The notes under the pieces are model-generated. The model saw only the letters and a list, made by a program, of their open reading frames with translations. It was not told the DNA's origin and did not search any database. Shown here one piece after another: positions 13,173 to 23,602 of a stretch of 64,000 bases of DNA. How positions within the stretch are numbered: position 1 is the stretch's first letter; the number at the start of each line of letters is the position of its first letter. Source of the DNA: Blastocladiella emersonii ATCC 22665 (lineage: Eukaryota > Fungi > Blastocladiomycota); the NCBI GenBank assembly GCA_025594325.1, contig JANHCV010000005.1, positions 1,798,001-1,862,000 on the forward strand. Reading direction: 5' to 3'. The position numbers were made by a program, and so were the translations under genes.

Positions 13173-14975
13173 CTACTGCTGCTGGTAGTGGTACTGCTGC
13201 TGCTGCGGCTGCTGCGGCTGCTGGCCGTAGTACTGGTGATGCTGCCCGTTGAACCCGGCACCGCCGAGCTCGGCCGACATGGCCATCATCGACGCCGCTG
13301 CGCCGTTGTCGTACCCGGGGTTGTTGAACGACAGGTGCCGCGCGTCGGCCGACACCGCTGCTGCCGCGGCAGCACTCGCCGCGGCCGCGGCCGCCGCCGC
13401 CGCGTTGACGGACGCCATGTCGAGCGACGACATGCTCGCCGACAGGTGCGGCGACAGGGCGAGGTGCGGCATGGCCGTGGGGGAGACGGACGACTCGGCC
13501 ATGGACGGCGAGTAGTGGCCCATCGCTGCCGCTGCGGCTGCGGCTGCGGCAGCCGCGGTCGTGGGGTTGGGCGAGTTGGACGCGCTGGACGCCATAGCGA
13601 GGGCGGCGGCGAGCGCCGCGGGGCTCACGGCGCCGCCCGTGTCCGAGTGCTGGTGCGGCGACGAAGCCGACAGGAGCTCGCCGGCGGGGCCCGTGACCTG
13701 GAGCGACGGCTGCGGCGGGTAGTAGTTACCGTTGCTGGTTGGAGGTGGGCCGAGGAGCGAGGCCGGGTCGACGCCCGCGACGCCGGGGACGGGCGGGAAC
13801 GAGGTGATCCCCTGGGCCTGGATCCACTGCATGATGGCGGTGATGGCGTGCGCGTGGCGGTCCGACTCGCGCTTCTGCTCGGCGAGCTGCAGCGTCAGGT
13901 CGTTGATGCGCGAGTGCACGTGGACCAGGTGCGCCTGCACCGCGGCCGCGTCGGCGGCGCTGCTGGTGCCCGTGTGGGGGCTGGTGGTGCCGTTGGACGA
14001 CGTCGGGGTGCCGGGGACCGCCGTGGTGTCGAGCGAGTACGGCGACAGGAAGCCCGGGTCGAGCGCGGCCATGGGCAGCGGGGACGCGGGCGCCGGGGCG
14101 GCGCGCTGCGCGGGGCTCGCGGCCGCGGACACGGGCTGCTGGTTGCCCGACGCGGAGCTCTCGTTGGTCTTGCGGCGGATGGTCTCGAGCAGGTCGGGTC
14201 GGCCGCGGAGGAACGAGGCGTGGGCAAACTCAAACTCCTGCTGCGCGGGCTGCTGCTCGCCCGCGGCATTCCGCGCGTTGCCGCGCACCGCGCGGTTGGT
14301 CTTGTGGAAGCCGTACATGTTGAGCTGGCGCACGAAGCTCGAGAACTGGCGGTGCTTGTAGTAGCGCGGCAGCACCTTCTCGAACTCGGGCACGTCCGTC
14401 ACGACAAACGACTCGCCGTTGGCCGTCCACCGAATCAGCGCGTCCGTCGTCGGGTCGTTGACCAGCTTGAACAGCTTGTGCACGAACGAGCCGGCGGACG
14501 TCGTCGGGCTCGGGCCCATGGTCGGCGTCAGCAGCGGCGACGGGTTCGGCGATGTTGAGGATGCGAGGTGCGGCGACTGCATGGGCGACGGCGGCGCGAG
14601 CATCCCGGTCGACGAGGCGGCCAGGAGCGACGGGCTGCCGAGCGCCGGCTGCGTCGATGAGGTGGCGGTGGACGACGACGAGTAGACGGCGGCCGACGTC
14701 GCCACGGCGAGCAGGCCGTCGCTCGACGTCGCGTAGTGCGGGTGGTGGTTCATGGGGCTGAGACTTGATGACGTTGCAGGTAGAGAGGGTGGGGAAGGTA
14801 GTAGAGTGGAGCTCGCCGCGGCCGCGCCTGGTTGCAGCAAGTCAGCGGCGGGCAGAGGGGCGGTGGAGCGGTTATAATGTGGCCGATGGGGAGCGAAGAG
14901 GGGCGGGGCGGAGGCGGTCGGTGGCGGCGGCGGTCGGTCGAAGAAGCCGCCGCCGCGTTCATCACGGCGCGCCAT
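13173..14975 (-). CDS. HSF-type DNA-binding transcription factor with a coiled-coil segment and poly-Ala/poly-Gln C-terminus
   Basis: HSF domain SFVHKLFKLV..IRW..GESFVV..EFEKVLPRYYKHRQFSSFVRQLNMYGFHK..EFAHASFLRGRPDLLETIRRK. Start is uncertain (ATG at 14975 or 14752). No receiver domain seen. Confidence 0.9.
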   Translation of the reverse strand: MARRDERGGGFFDRPPPPPTASAPPLFAPHRPHYNRSTAPLPAADLLQPGAAAASSTLLPSPPSLPATSSSLSPMNHHPHYATSSDGLLAVATSAAVYSSSSTATSSTQPALGSPSLLAASSTGMLAPPSPMQSPHLASSTSPNPSPLLTPTMGPSPTTSAGSFVHKLFKLVNDPTTDALIRWTANGESFVVTDVPEFEKVLPRYYKHRQFSSFVRQLNMYGFHKTNRAVRGNARNAAGEQQPAQQEFEFAHASFLRGRPDLLETIRRKTNESSASGNQQPVSAAASPAQRAAPAPASPLPMAALDPGFLSPYSLDTTAVPGTPTSSNGTTSPHTGTSSAADAAAVQAHLVHVHSRINDLTLQLAEQKRESDRHAHAITAIMQWIQAQGITSFPPVPGVAGVDPASLLGPPPTSNGNYYPPQPSLQVTGPAGELLSASSPHQHSDTGGAVSPAALAAALAMASSASNSPNPTTAAAAAAAAAAAMGHYSPSMAESSVSPTAMPHLALSPHLSASMSSLDMASVNAAAAAAAAASAAAAAAVSADARHLSFNNPGYDNGAAASMMAMSAELGGAGFNGQHHQYYGQQPQQPQQQQYHYQQQ

Positions 14976-15043
14976 CACCTCGCTTCCTCTGCCCTCAGCG
15001 CTGCGCTCAGCCTTCGATTCGACTCTACCCCCTGCTGCCCCCT

Positions 15044-15092
15044 GCGCCCTGGATGAAGGCCGGCGCGCCCTGGATGAAGGCCGGCGCGCCCT
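15044..15092. repeat. 21-bp tandem duplication (GCGCCCTGGATGAAGGCCGGC x2 plus a partial copy)
   Basis: Read directly; lies between the APM1 stop and the HSF start. Confidence 0.9.
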
Positions 15093-15277
15093 AGAATACC
15101 GCCGTGCGCACCCGGAACGGAGCGTGCGCCGCATGGCGGGCTTCGATGCGTCCCTCGCGGGCTTCGAAGACGGCGCGCGGTCGACGGCAAGGAAAGTTCA
15201 TTCATTCATTCGGGCACGGTATTCACAGGGCAGGGGAAGACGAGAGGGAGGGAAACAGGAGCACGATGACGAGCAGC

Positions 15278-16597
15278 TCACAGCGGCTGCATGACGCGGT
15301 TGCCCGACTTGACGGGGTCGGGCATGCGGAGGTGGTAGTCGCCGTTCTGCGTAATGTAGCGGACCCACGGCAGCGCCTGGTACCCGGACTTTTCGACGAT
15401 CTTGAGGTAGCGGACCTGGATCCCCGACACCGTGAAGTAGGGGATCTCGAACTTGACCGAGATGGGCGGCCGCTTGTCGAGGTCCTCGTTCTTGACCGTG
15501 GGCAGGCCGAAATGCGCGCGCATGAGGAACTCCTTGCCGCCCTGGAACTGCTTGATCTTCCACACGACGGCCGACTTCTCGGGCACGTACTGGGCGCTGC
15601 CCGCCGACACCTTGAACTTGGGCGAGTCGGCGTCCTCGGGCACGGGGACCACGATCTCGACGTTGTTGGCCGTCGACCGCCGCTTGAACTGGGCCTTGGC
15701 GCGGATCATGTACTCGATGCGCGTGCCCGAGTAGTTCTCGACGGCCGCCTCGCACAGGATCAGCGGCTTGAGCTGCGTGCCCTGGCGGTAGCTCATGAGC
15801 TCGAAATCGCCGTCGGGCGGGATGAACGAGATGGTGCGGTCGTTCTCGAACCGCGACAGCCGCACGCACTGGTGGAACTTGACGTCGTCCATCTCGATGG
15901 CCTTGCCGCGCGGCGTGCGCCCGCTCGCGTCGAACATGACCTTGTCGTTGAGGCCCAGCCGCAGCTCGGGCATCCCCGACAGGTAGCACCGCATCTTGAT
16001 GGCGCCCAGCACCTCGGACCGCAGCACGTTGCCGTTGGGCGCGACCAGCATGTTGACGCTCTCGATCACGTCCAGGAACACCTCGTTCTTGCGGTACTTA
16101 ATGCCCTCGGGCCGCCACGACACGGCGTTGGTGACCGCCATGGGCGGGCGCGTGCCGATATCGAGCTTGTGCGACTCCTGGGTAATGTACTCGCGCAGGA
16201 TCTTGGACTCGGTGGTCTGCGGGTACCCAAAGTCCATCATCTCGTCAAGCAGCTCGTAGATGATGACAAAGTTGTCGCGGATCGACTCCTCCTCCACCTC
16301 CTTGAAGTACTCGGTGAAGACCTCGGTCAGGCGCTGCAGGAACAGGAACACGGTGGCGGCGTTCGAGTTCTTGCGCGTCAGGGCGACCAGGTACAGGTTG
16401 TTGTACTTCATGTACAGGTAGTTGACGCCCGAGTCCGCGTCCGACACGACGGGCGCCTGCTCGCCGCCCTCCTCCTCGGTCTCGGTCACCAGCGGCAGGA
16501 ACTTCTCGATGGCGTTCATCGGGATGTCGCCCCGGAAGTTGCGCGCGATCAGCACCTTGCCCTTGACGTCGAGGATGAACACGGCCGACGCGACCAT
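15278..16597 (-). CDS. APM1: AP-1 adaptor complex mu subunit (mu1), intronless
   Basis: MVASAVFILDVKGKVLIARNFRGDI, ESIRDNFVIIYELLDEMMDFGYPQTTESKILREYI, VSWRPEGIKYRKNEVFLDVIESVN, SGYQALPWVRYITQNGDY. Confidence 0.97.
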   Translation of the reverse strand: MVASAVFILDVKGKVLIARNFRGDIPMNAIEKFLPLVTETEEEGGEQAPVVSDADSGVNYLYMKYNNLYLVALTRKNSNAATVFLFLQRLTEVFTEYFKEVEEESIRDNFVIIYELLDEMMDFGYPQTTESKILREYITQESHKLDIGTRPPMAVTNAVSWRPEGIKYRKNEVFLDVIESVNMLVAPNGNVLRSEVLGAIKMRCYLSGMPELRLGLNDKVMFDASGRTPRGKAIEMDDVKFHQCVRLSRFENDRTISFIPPDGDFELMSYRQGTQLKPLILCEAAVENYSGTRIEYMIRAKAQFKRRSTANNVEIVVPVPEDADSPKFKVSAGSAQYVPEKSAVVWKIKQFQGGKEFLMRAHFGLPTVKNEDLDKRPPISVKFEIPYFTVSGIQVRYLKIVEKSGYQALPWVRYITQNGDYHLRMPDPVKSGNRVMQPL

Positions 16598-17083
16598 GGT
16601 GGATCAGTAGGTTGATGCGTTGCAATGAGTGGGTTTGTCGGAGAGCAGCCGATCGCGACCGGGAAGGGTAGAGGGGAGGAGGGCGCGGCCGAGAACAGAG
16701 CGACGCGTCGGCCGCGCTGGGAGAAAAGGTGCTCGTGTGGCGCCGCGACTTTCCTCGCCGCCTCACGCGCGCGTCACCTGATGCCGCTCGCGTCTCTCGT
16801 TTGCGGGCCTTGCCGATCGCTCTCGCTTTTCTCTCTCCGTGCAACGTATCATGATGGAGCCCATGAAATCACCTCTTGCAACCTTACCCGTCGAGCTCGC
16901 CGTCCGCGTCTTGCAGTTTACGGCACCGCGGCCCGCCCTCGCTCCCGCCTCGTCGATCTTTGCTGCGAGGGCCCGCGACCGATGTACCACCACCTCTTGG
17001 GCCTTCGCCTTGGCCGCCCGCTATCTCGCAGCTTCTGATGGTCCCGACAAGTTCGACCTCTGCTCGTTCCTTCCCGGTAAATA

Positions 17084-17349
17084 GTTTATTCCGAGGGATT
17101 TATGGGACCTGCCGGCTAAAAAAGCTGAGCTGCCGAGGGGATTTTTCCGCACCTGCCGACACTCCGTGCGGACGCGCCGAGGGAAGGAGCGGATCGGCCG
17201 AGACGCGGGGCGGGCTGGCCGTGGCCCCGTGCGGACCCGCCGAGGCTTCGTGCGGATCCACCGAGGAACTCGCTTCGCACGCTCTATCTCCCTCAGTTTG
17301 CGCCCTCCTCACCCGTAACTGCACACGCACGCTCGCACCACTCCCTGCA
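17084..17349 (+). repeat. Left terminal inverted repeat (266 bp)
   Basis: Reverse complement of 23337-23602 by eye; the ORF track shows the same peptide from both copies on opposite strands. Confidence 0.95.
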
Positions 17350-17371
17350 TCGTGCCCTGCCCAACATTGCG

Positions 17372-20300
17372 ATGACGGCACCGCCCTCGTCGTCTCCCGC
17401 CCTTCACGGCGGTGGCGGTGGCGCCAGGCGCGCGACGCAAGCTGCCGTTCGGACCACCGCCAACCGCGGCGGTCGCCCGCCCAAGTTTCCCGACCCTTCT
17501 ATCGCCGCGGCGCGTGTTCCCGAACCCCGTGCCGACGACGTGTCGTCTGACTTTGAGGAGGAGGAGGAGGAGAAAATGTGGCGGGCCATGAAGACGACGG
17601 CCTTGACGAGATCGACCGCCTCCTCGCCGCTACCGACGCCAACACGGCCGTCGGCCGACTATCTGATCATCTCGGCCAGATGCTCCTCATGGGCGGCGAC
17701 ATCATGAAGGCGCACATGGACCGGTCTGTCGCAAGCGCCGTCGCCCCTCGGCCGCCCCAGCGCGAGGACATGACCCGCTCGTTCAAGGCTGTCGCCTTGA
17801 GGGACACGACCAAGTCTAACAACCCAACGTAAGCGATATACCACGCCTGCACATCGTGTCGGCCGATCCATGGGAAACTCACGTCCGCTTGCATCGCTCG
17901 TAGCCGCACGTTCCGCGTGCCCGTGTCCGACATCCCGCACTTCTTCAACACCATGCACCAGGACTTCACGTTCGACAGCACCGACTTCTCGCCCGACGTC
18001 GTTATCACGCAGACGTCCAACATCCCGCACCCAGATCCCCGCATCTCGATCCCGTACATCTCCTTCGCGGTCCCCTACCTGCCCGACAACGACAATCTCG
18101 TCTACCGCGCCCGCTACGGTTGCCTCAGTCGCCCGTCCTGCCCGATCTCCGATGACGACGCCAAGGCAGTCGCCGAGTGGCATGCGCTACCCGTCGGCAA
18201 GCGTGGCAACGCCCCGCGGCGTACATCCCCCGTGACGATCTCCATCTACATCTACGCCCGCGACCTCAAGACCGCGCTCGTCCGCTTCTACGACGACCAC
18301 ACCGACGTCATCCCGCTCAAACAGCTCAAGATCTCCCCGCTCGTCGAGAAGTTCATGAACCGCCGCAAGCTCGACTTCAGCCTCACCCGACGCGCCTTGA
18401 TCAATGGTACGATCCGCCAACGCGTCCCCGCTGTCCGCGTCGCGAGTCTAACGAACCGTCCGCCGCCTCTTGTAGAGGTCCTGTTCTTCTGCAAGGAGCG
18501 CAACATCCCCGAGTACCGCCGCCCAAGCGAGAAGCAGATCGGCGACTGCCATAGCCATGCGCACTCGAACAAGTTCAAGCTCATGCTCGACGTCGTGGAC
18601 AAGATCGTCGCCGACAACACGGCCAAGGTCATCCACTACACCCGTGCGCCATTCGCGGTCGCCTTCATGACCGACAATGCCGCGCTCTGGTGGCTCGCCT
18701 ACCATCGCGGCGCGCCGACGGGAATCGACAGCTCGCACCGGCACAAGAGCTCGGGCTCGATCCCCATGACGATCCTCACGATCTTCAACCCGCAAGGGTG
18801 CGCGCCCTCCCTCTCTCTCAACGCGCCGCGCGACAGCGTTGTACTGACCCAGCCGTTGTCAAATTGTGTAGCCGCGGGCTCCCCGTTGCCGTCCTCGTCT
18901 CATCGGACATCAAGACGGAAACGCTCGTCGCGTTCCTCAAGGCGTTCCGCGAGCGTGTCGTGGATGTCCTCGTCGACCTGGTTCGCGGTAACCGTCGCTC
19001 GCTCTCCTCGAGCACGAGTCCTGGGTCGAGTACTTCCAGCGCTACTGGTTCTCGCCAACGTGGCTGCGTACGTTGTTTGCATGGGTAACACCACATGTGC
19101 AAGGCAACTGACCATGTGGCTCCTGTGTAGCGTACATCGTCGACGCAACGGGCTCGACTGAGATCGCGCCTGCACTCAGCAACACCAACAACATCACCGA
19201 GGCCATGTTTCGCACGTTTGATCGTGTTGTGCTAAAGTACGCTGCCCGCGCCGTACAGCACGCGCAACTTGGGACTAATGCAGCTCCGCGCCGCGCGAAT
19301 CTAGTAACATCGCAGGCAACCGCCTCGATCTTCTCCTTCACCGAATCCTGGAGCTCATGTTCCCGTACTACGAGCGGATGCTGCGTGAGCGAGGCGATGA
19401 CGACCCGCGCTTCACCATGGACCAGGCCGCCCATCGTGCGCACGGCTTCGATCTTTGGCAGTTCGGCCTCGTTGCGCGCGTCACCGACGTGGAAACGGTG
19501 CGCAAGCTCGCCCGCGTGGGCGGCGATCCGTCGCCGTCCATCTTCCTCGTTGTCAGTTTTGAGGAGTCGGGTCGCAAGCACTACGTCTACCTCGAGAAGC
19601 ATCGGTGCACCTGCCGCGCTTCGCGTGACCACAACCAGGTGTGCGCCCACCTCATCGCCGCGCACCTCATGTTCAACCACGGTCGCCGGCAGTGCGAGCC
19701 CAAGTCGCACAGCAAGAAGCGGGCGTCGGTGCCCGAGGTCGTCTCGCTGCTCGACGCCGACATCCCGCTCCCTGCGTGGATGCTCGACCTCCGCCAAGCG
19801 ACCACCGAGTTCCTCGCCGATCTGGACGAGCTCGATCCAGTGCAGGTTGCCGATTTCGACAACCTAGAGTGGGGCAACCCGCTTGCGTGCAAACCCAACC
19901 GCCGGCGCCGCGAACGCTCAACCGTTGCACCCGCTCTGTCCCGCTCGACCGACGGCGACAGCGGCACGGGTTCTGTCGTGTCGGCTCGCGTCGCCGCGGC
20001 GTCGTCCTCGCGCGAGGCGCGCAGCAGCACCTGCGACGAGAACGACATGGACCTCGACGAGCGGTTTGACGCCGACCGGTCGTGCGTGGGCGACGGGTCC
20101 AACGGCGATGACGACCGCATGCTCGTTGACGGCGAGAGATCTGGCTTTGAGTCCGACTCAAGCGCCGCCGCCGCGCCTGGCACTCGCGACGACGACGGCG
20201 GGCTCGACTCGGTTCCGTGGATGTTTGGCGACGCAGCAGCCGACGAGGGCGCCGCGAAACTGTTTGCACTCGCCGAGGCGGCGGCCAGCGGCGAAGCCCC

Positions 20301-22224
20301 CCAACGCGACGCGGCGGACGACCTTCGGCCATCGCGCGGGCGGCCCGCGCGCGTCATGACGATGCAGGAATGGCGGCCCACTGCTGCCAACACTACGAAG
20401 CGCGCGCGTAGTGTCAACGCCTCGACCAGCGAGCAAGCCGCGCCAAAGCGCCGCCGGCCAGCTGCTGCGCCCGCGTCACCTCCCGCGTCACCTCCCGCGT
20501 CACCTCCCACGCCGCTTCCGGCGTCGCCCCCTGCGCCATCCCCGAGCATGCCGCGGCCGCCGCGACCCTCGCGCGCGCGTGCTGATGCCGCCCCGCTCCA
20601 GCCGCCCTCATCGTCGCCGTTCGCGTCGCGGCTCGTGTCGCCGAAGATCGCGGTTCCGCCGCGCAGTCGCGATGCCGCTGCAGTCCGCCCGCCGCCAGCC
20701 GCAAGTGCGCGTCCAATCGAGCGCGGCGCTCCGGCCCCGCAGCTCGTGCAGGTTGGCCAAGGGCTCGGCAAGCACTCGCATGCGGCCACGCTCAAGACGA
20801 TGCCCGCGCTCGCCGCCAGCAACGCAGCTGCGTGGGCCCGCAGCGCATCAAACAACGCGACGCAGCCGCGGCCTGCTCAGCGCGCCATCCTCCCCGTCAA
20901 CGTCCCACACGGCCCGCCCAACACGGGCTCCATCGACGTCTCGCCCAACTTCAGCTACGACCTGTTCTACGCGTGCCCGTTTGACGCGCTCTTCACGGCG
21001 CTCCTGTGGGTCATGGTTGACACTCGGGTAATGGACGTGTTTGCGCCGTCTGAAAGCACGTCGTGGGACATGGCGCGCTTCCCCGAGGTGCCCGCGCCGC
21101 GCGACACGATTCGCGACGTGTTTCGCCTTCTGCGGGCAGGCGAGTACGACCGCGCCCGCTTCCTGTACGCGCACGTCTTCGCGAATAGGACGGGCGGACG
21201 CCTGCCGGGTGGGTTTGACGTGCACAGCAAAACCGACGTGTCTGTCTCGTGGGTCGGCGATGTCGCCGATCACGTCTTCGAGATGTACAAGGTCGACATG
21301 GCGCAGCTGGACAGCGCGCGCGCGACCAACACGCTGCACCGCCCGCTCCCCGCGCTCGAATACCACCCGGAAGACGAGCGCGCGTGCGCGCACTGTCTGA
21401 CCCCAACAACTTCAAGGCGATTTGGGACGCGCTCGTTCAAGAACAGACGCGACTTCCCTTCCTCCTCGGCGTCCATCATCACGCCGTACACCCCCAACAT
21501 CGAGCAGGCGGTCAAGAGCTGCCTCGATCCGTGCGACGCGTGTCCGTGCCGCGCGTCATCGCGCCACGAGTCCTTCGAGGACAAGAAATTGGTCGCGAAG
21601 AAGGACATGAAAAAGTTCGCCACCTCGATTGATCGCCTTCACCTCGCTTGCATCGCTTGACGTGATACTGACTGATTCGCTCTTGTTGCGTCTAGATGCA
21701 TCTGTCCTCGCTTCATTCGCGACAACCTGATCGTCCCGTCGGCGCCGCACTTTCTCGCTGTTTCTCCAATGCGCGACCATACTGGACCGCTGTCTGACCC
21801 TGTCCCCGCCATGATCACGACCAATGGGTACGCGCCAACTGCTCTCTGTCTCCTCCTACTCAACTCACGTGTGAACGCCCACTCACGTAGACTCGCGCTT
21901 CGCCTCTGCGCCGTCGTGTACTATCACCCAAGCGAGCGGACCGCGCACTATACGAGCGCCTTCGTCTACGGCGGCTCGTGGTGGTACTTTGACGACATGG
22001 GCGGCGGCAGCGCATCCATCTTTGAGCCCTACAAGTCGAGCGCACGCAAGTCCGTGCCTGTTACTGTAGAGAAGAAGGCTACCTACGGGCTGCCCAATCC
22101 GTCGGTGCCCGCCGTCCGCCTTTCCGTCCCTCGCGACCAAGTCCCGATGTTGCGCAACGCAGCGGGGACAGCGTCCAACATGATGAAGTCCATCTCGCTC
22201 GCCGTGTACCGGGTCCTGGGCTAG
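17372..22224 (+). CDS. Multi-exon MULE gene: DDE transposase (internally deleted) + SWIM zinc finger + low-complexity linker + USP/C19-like protease
   Basis: First-Asp motif GIDSSHRHK..PMTILTIFNPQG.GLPVAVLVS (D at 18727). YFQRYW..W..NTNNITE (E at 19199). NRLDLLLHRI. SWIM CTC..CAH (19606-19650). YACPFDALFTAL (C 20974), AHYTS (H 21946), WWYFDD (D 21991). Introns include 17829-17903, 21615-21695 and 21828-21890; others near 18410, 18800, 19070 and 19240 are less exactly mapped. Start codon uncertain. Confidence 0.8.
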
Positions 22225-23336
22225 TCCAAAGTTTTTTGTTCCTCATATATTTTCGTTTGTCTCTAAATCCGCTGGTGGATCAGTCGCGCAACTCGTTGAT
22301 GGTGAAGGAGACGCGTTGATCAATCATGTGACGTCGCCTCGTGAGACGTGAGACATGATACTCGGGACAATACAGCTGTTTCTCTTACCGCCCATAGCGA
22401 CGGCAATTCTGTATCACCGGGAGCAGTCTGCTCCTCGTCTCGTGGCGAAACAATCGACGCGATCGAGGCGCGAGCCCAAAGGTCCGCGGCGGTTCCTGAC
22501 GCAGCGGACCACACCACCCTCCATCGTGAAGTAACCGGTAATGCTGAGGTTGAGCGCGGCAATGCGACCGACCTAGTGCAACGGATAGTGGTACAGAAGG
22601 TCAGTAGCGAAGGCGAGGAAGCGGAACGACGTCGTCTTGCGATGTCCGCGAAGTGGATCGGCCGCTGCGCGTCTCGGGTCGCTCAACGCGCACTAGAAAC
22701 AATAGCGCATGGTCTCCGTTGAGAGGAGCTTCGCGCGCGCGACCAGATGGCGACCTGAGAGCAGGATCAAGTGTTCAGCGTGATCCCTGTAGCGATCTTG
22801 GACGCGGCGACGAGAGCCGTGTCGATTTTACTGCGCATCAGCGCATGCTGCCACCACGGCAGCTGCACGGCGACGATCTAGCCCATGTTCCAGTCGGCAG
22901 TGCCCGCGGCGGCCGCGTCGCGCTTTCTAGCGCGTTGCGTCCGTTGGACGTGAAGAGTTGGAACGATCGTCGCCCGCGCGGTCAGCGTGGCGCAAGCGCT
23001 TGGTGGACGCGGCAACGACAGCTACTCACCCACTCGAGATGATCCGAAACCCGGCGGCCTGCACTAGTACGGCAGGACTCGCGCGGCTCCGCGCGGCGAG
23101 CGGCAGAGTGTGGTCGCGGCAGAGTGTGGTCGCGGCATGTGGAAACCGAGCAACGGCGGCAGCCCAGATCGACGACTCACATCGGTAGATTGTGCTCGTC
23201 AATCAAGACATGGTGACACGGGTGGCCCGCGCGACAAGAGAGCGGACGAGAGCGGATCGACATGGCGGGGGGCTGAGCTTTCCAAGGTTCGCGCACGGCG
23301 AGTCGTATTTTCGTGGAACTGTTCATATATTATCAT

Positions 23337-23602
23337 TGCAGGGAGTGGTGCGAGCGTGCGTGTGCAGTTACGGGTGAGGAGGGCGCAAACTGAGGGAGAT
23401 AGAGCGTGCGAAGCGAGTTCCTCGGTGGATCCGCACGAAGCCTCGGCGGGTCCGCACGGGGCCACGGCCAGCCCGCCCCGCGTCTCGGCCGATCCGCTCC
23501 TTCCCTCGGCGCGTCCGCACGGAGTGTCGGCAGGTGCGGAAAAATCCCCTCGGCAGCTCAGCTTTTTTAGCCGGCAGGTCCCATAAATCCCTCGGAATAA
23601 AC
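23337..23602 (-). repeat. Right terminal inverted repeat (266 bp)
   Basis: Inverted copy of 17084-17349. Confidence 0.95.

Noticed and set aside
9957-16615. Long opposite-strand ORFs over SRK1, HSF and APM1 (e.g. 9957-11405, 13125-14558, 15104-16615)
   Set aside because: Shadow frames of GC-rich genes.
20470-20510. 12-bp x3 repeat
   Set aside because: Encodes ordinary PASP low-complexity linker in the transposon gene.
20930-22224. Ulp1/C48 or OTU identity for the transposon protease
   Set aside because: Cys precedes His and Asp, with a USP-like His box (HY..W..FDD) and intervening Cys pairs; C48 has His-Asp-Cys order. OTU is less likely but not formally excluded.
17084-23602. LTR retrotransposon reading of the 266-bp repeats
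   Set aside because: The repeats are inverted, no RT or integrase is present, and the DDE/SWIM motifs and 10-bp TSD fit a MULE.
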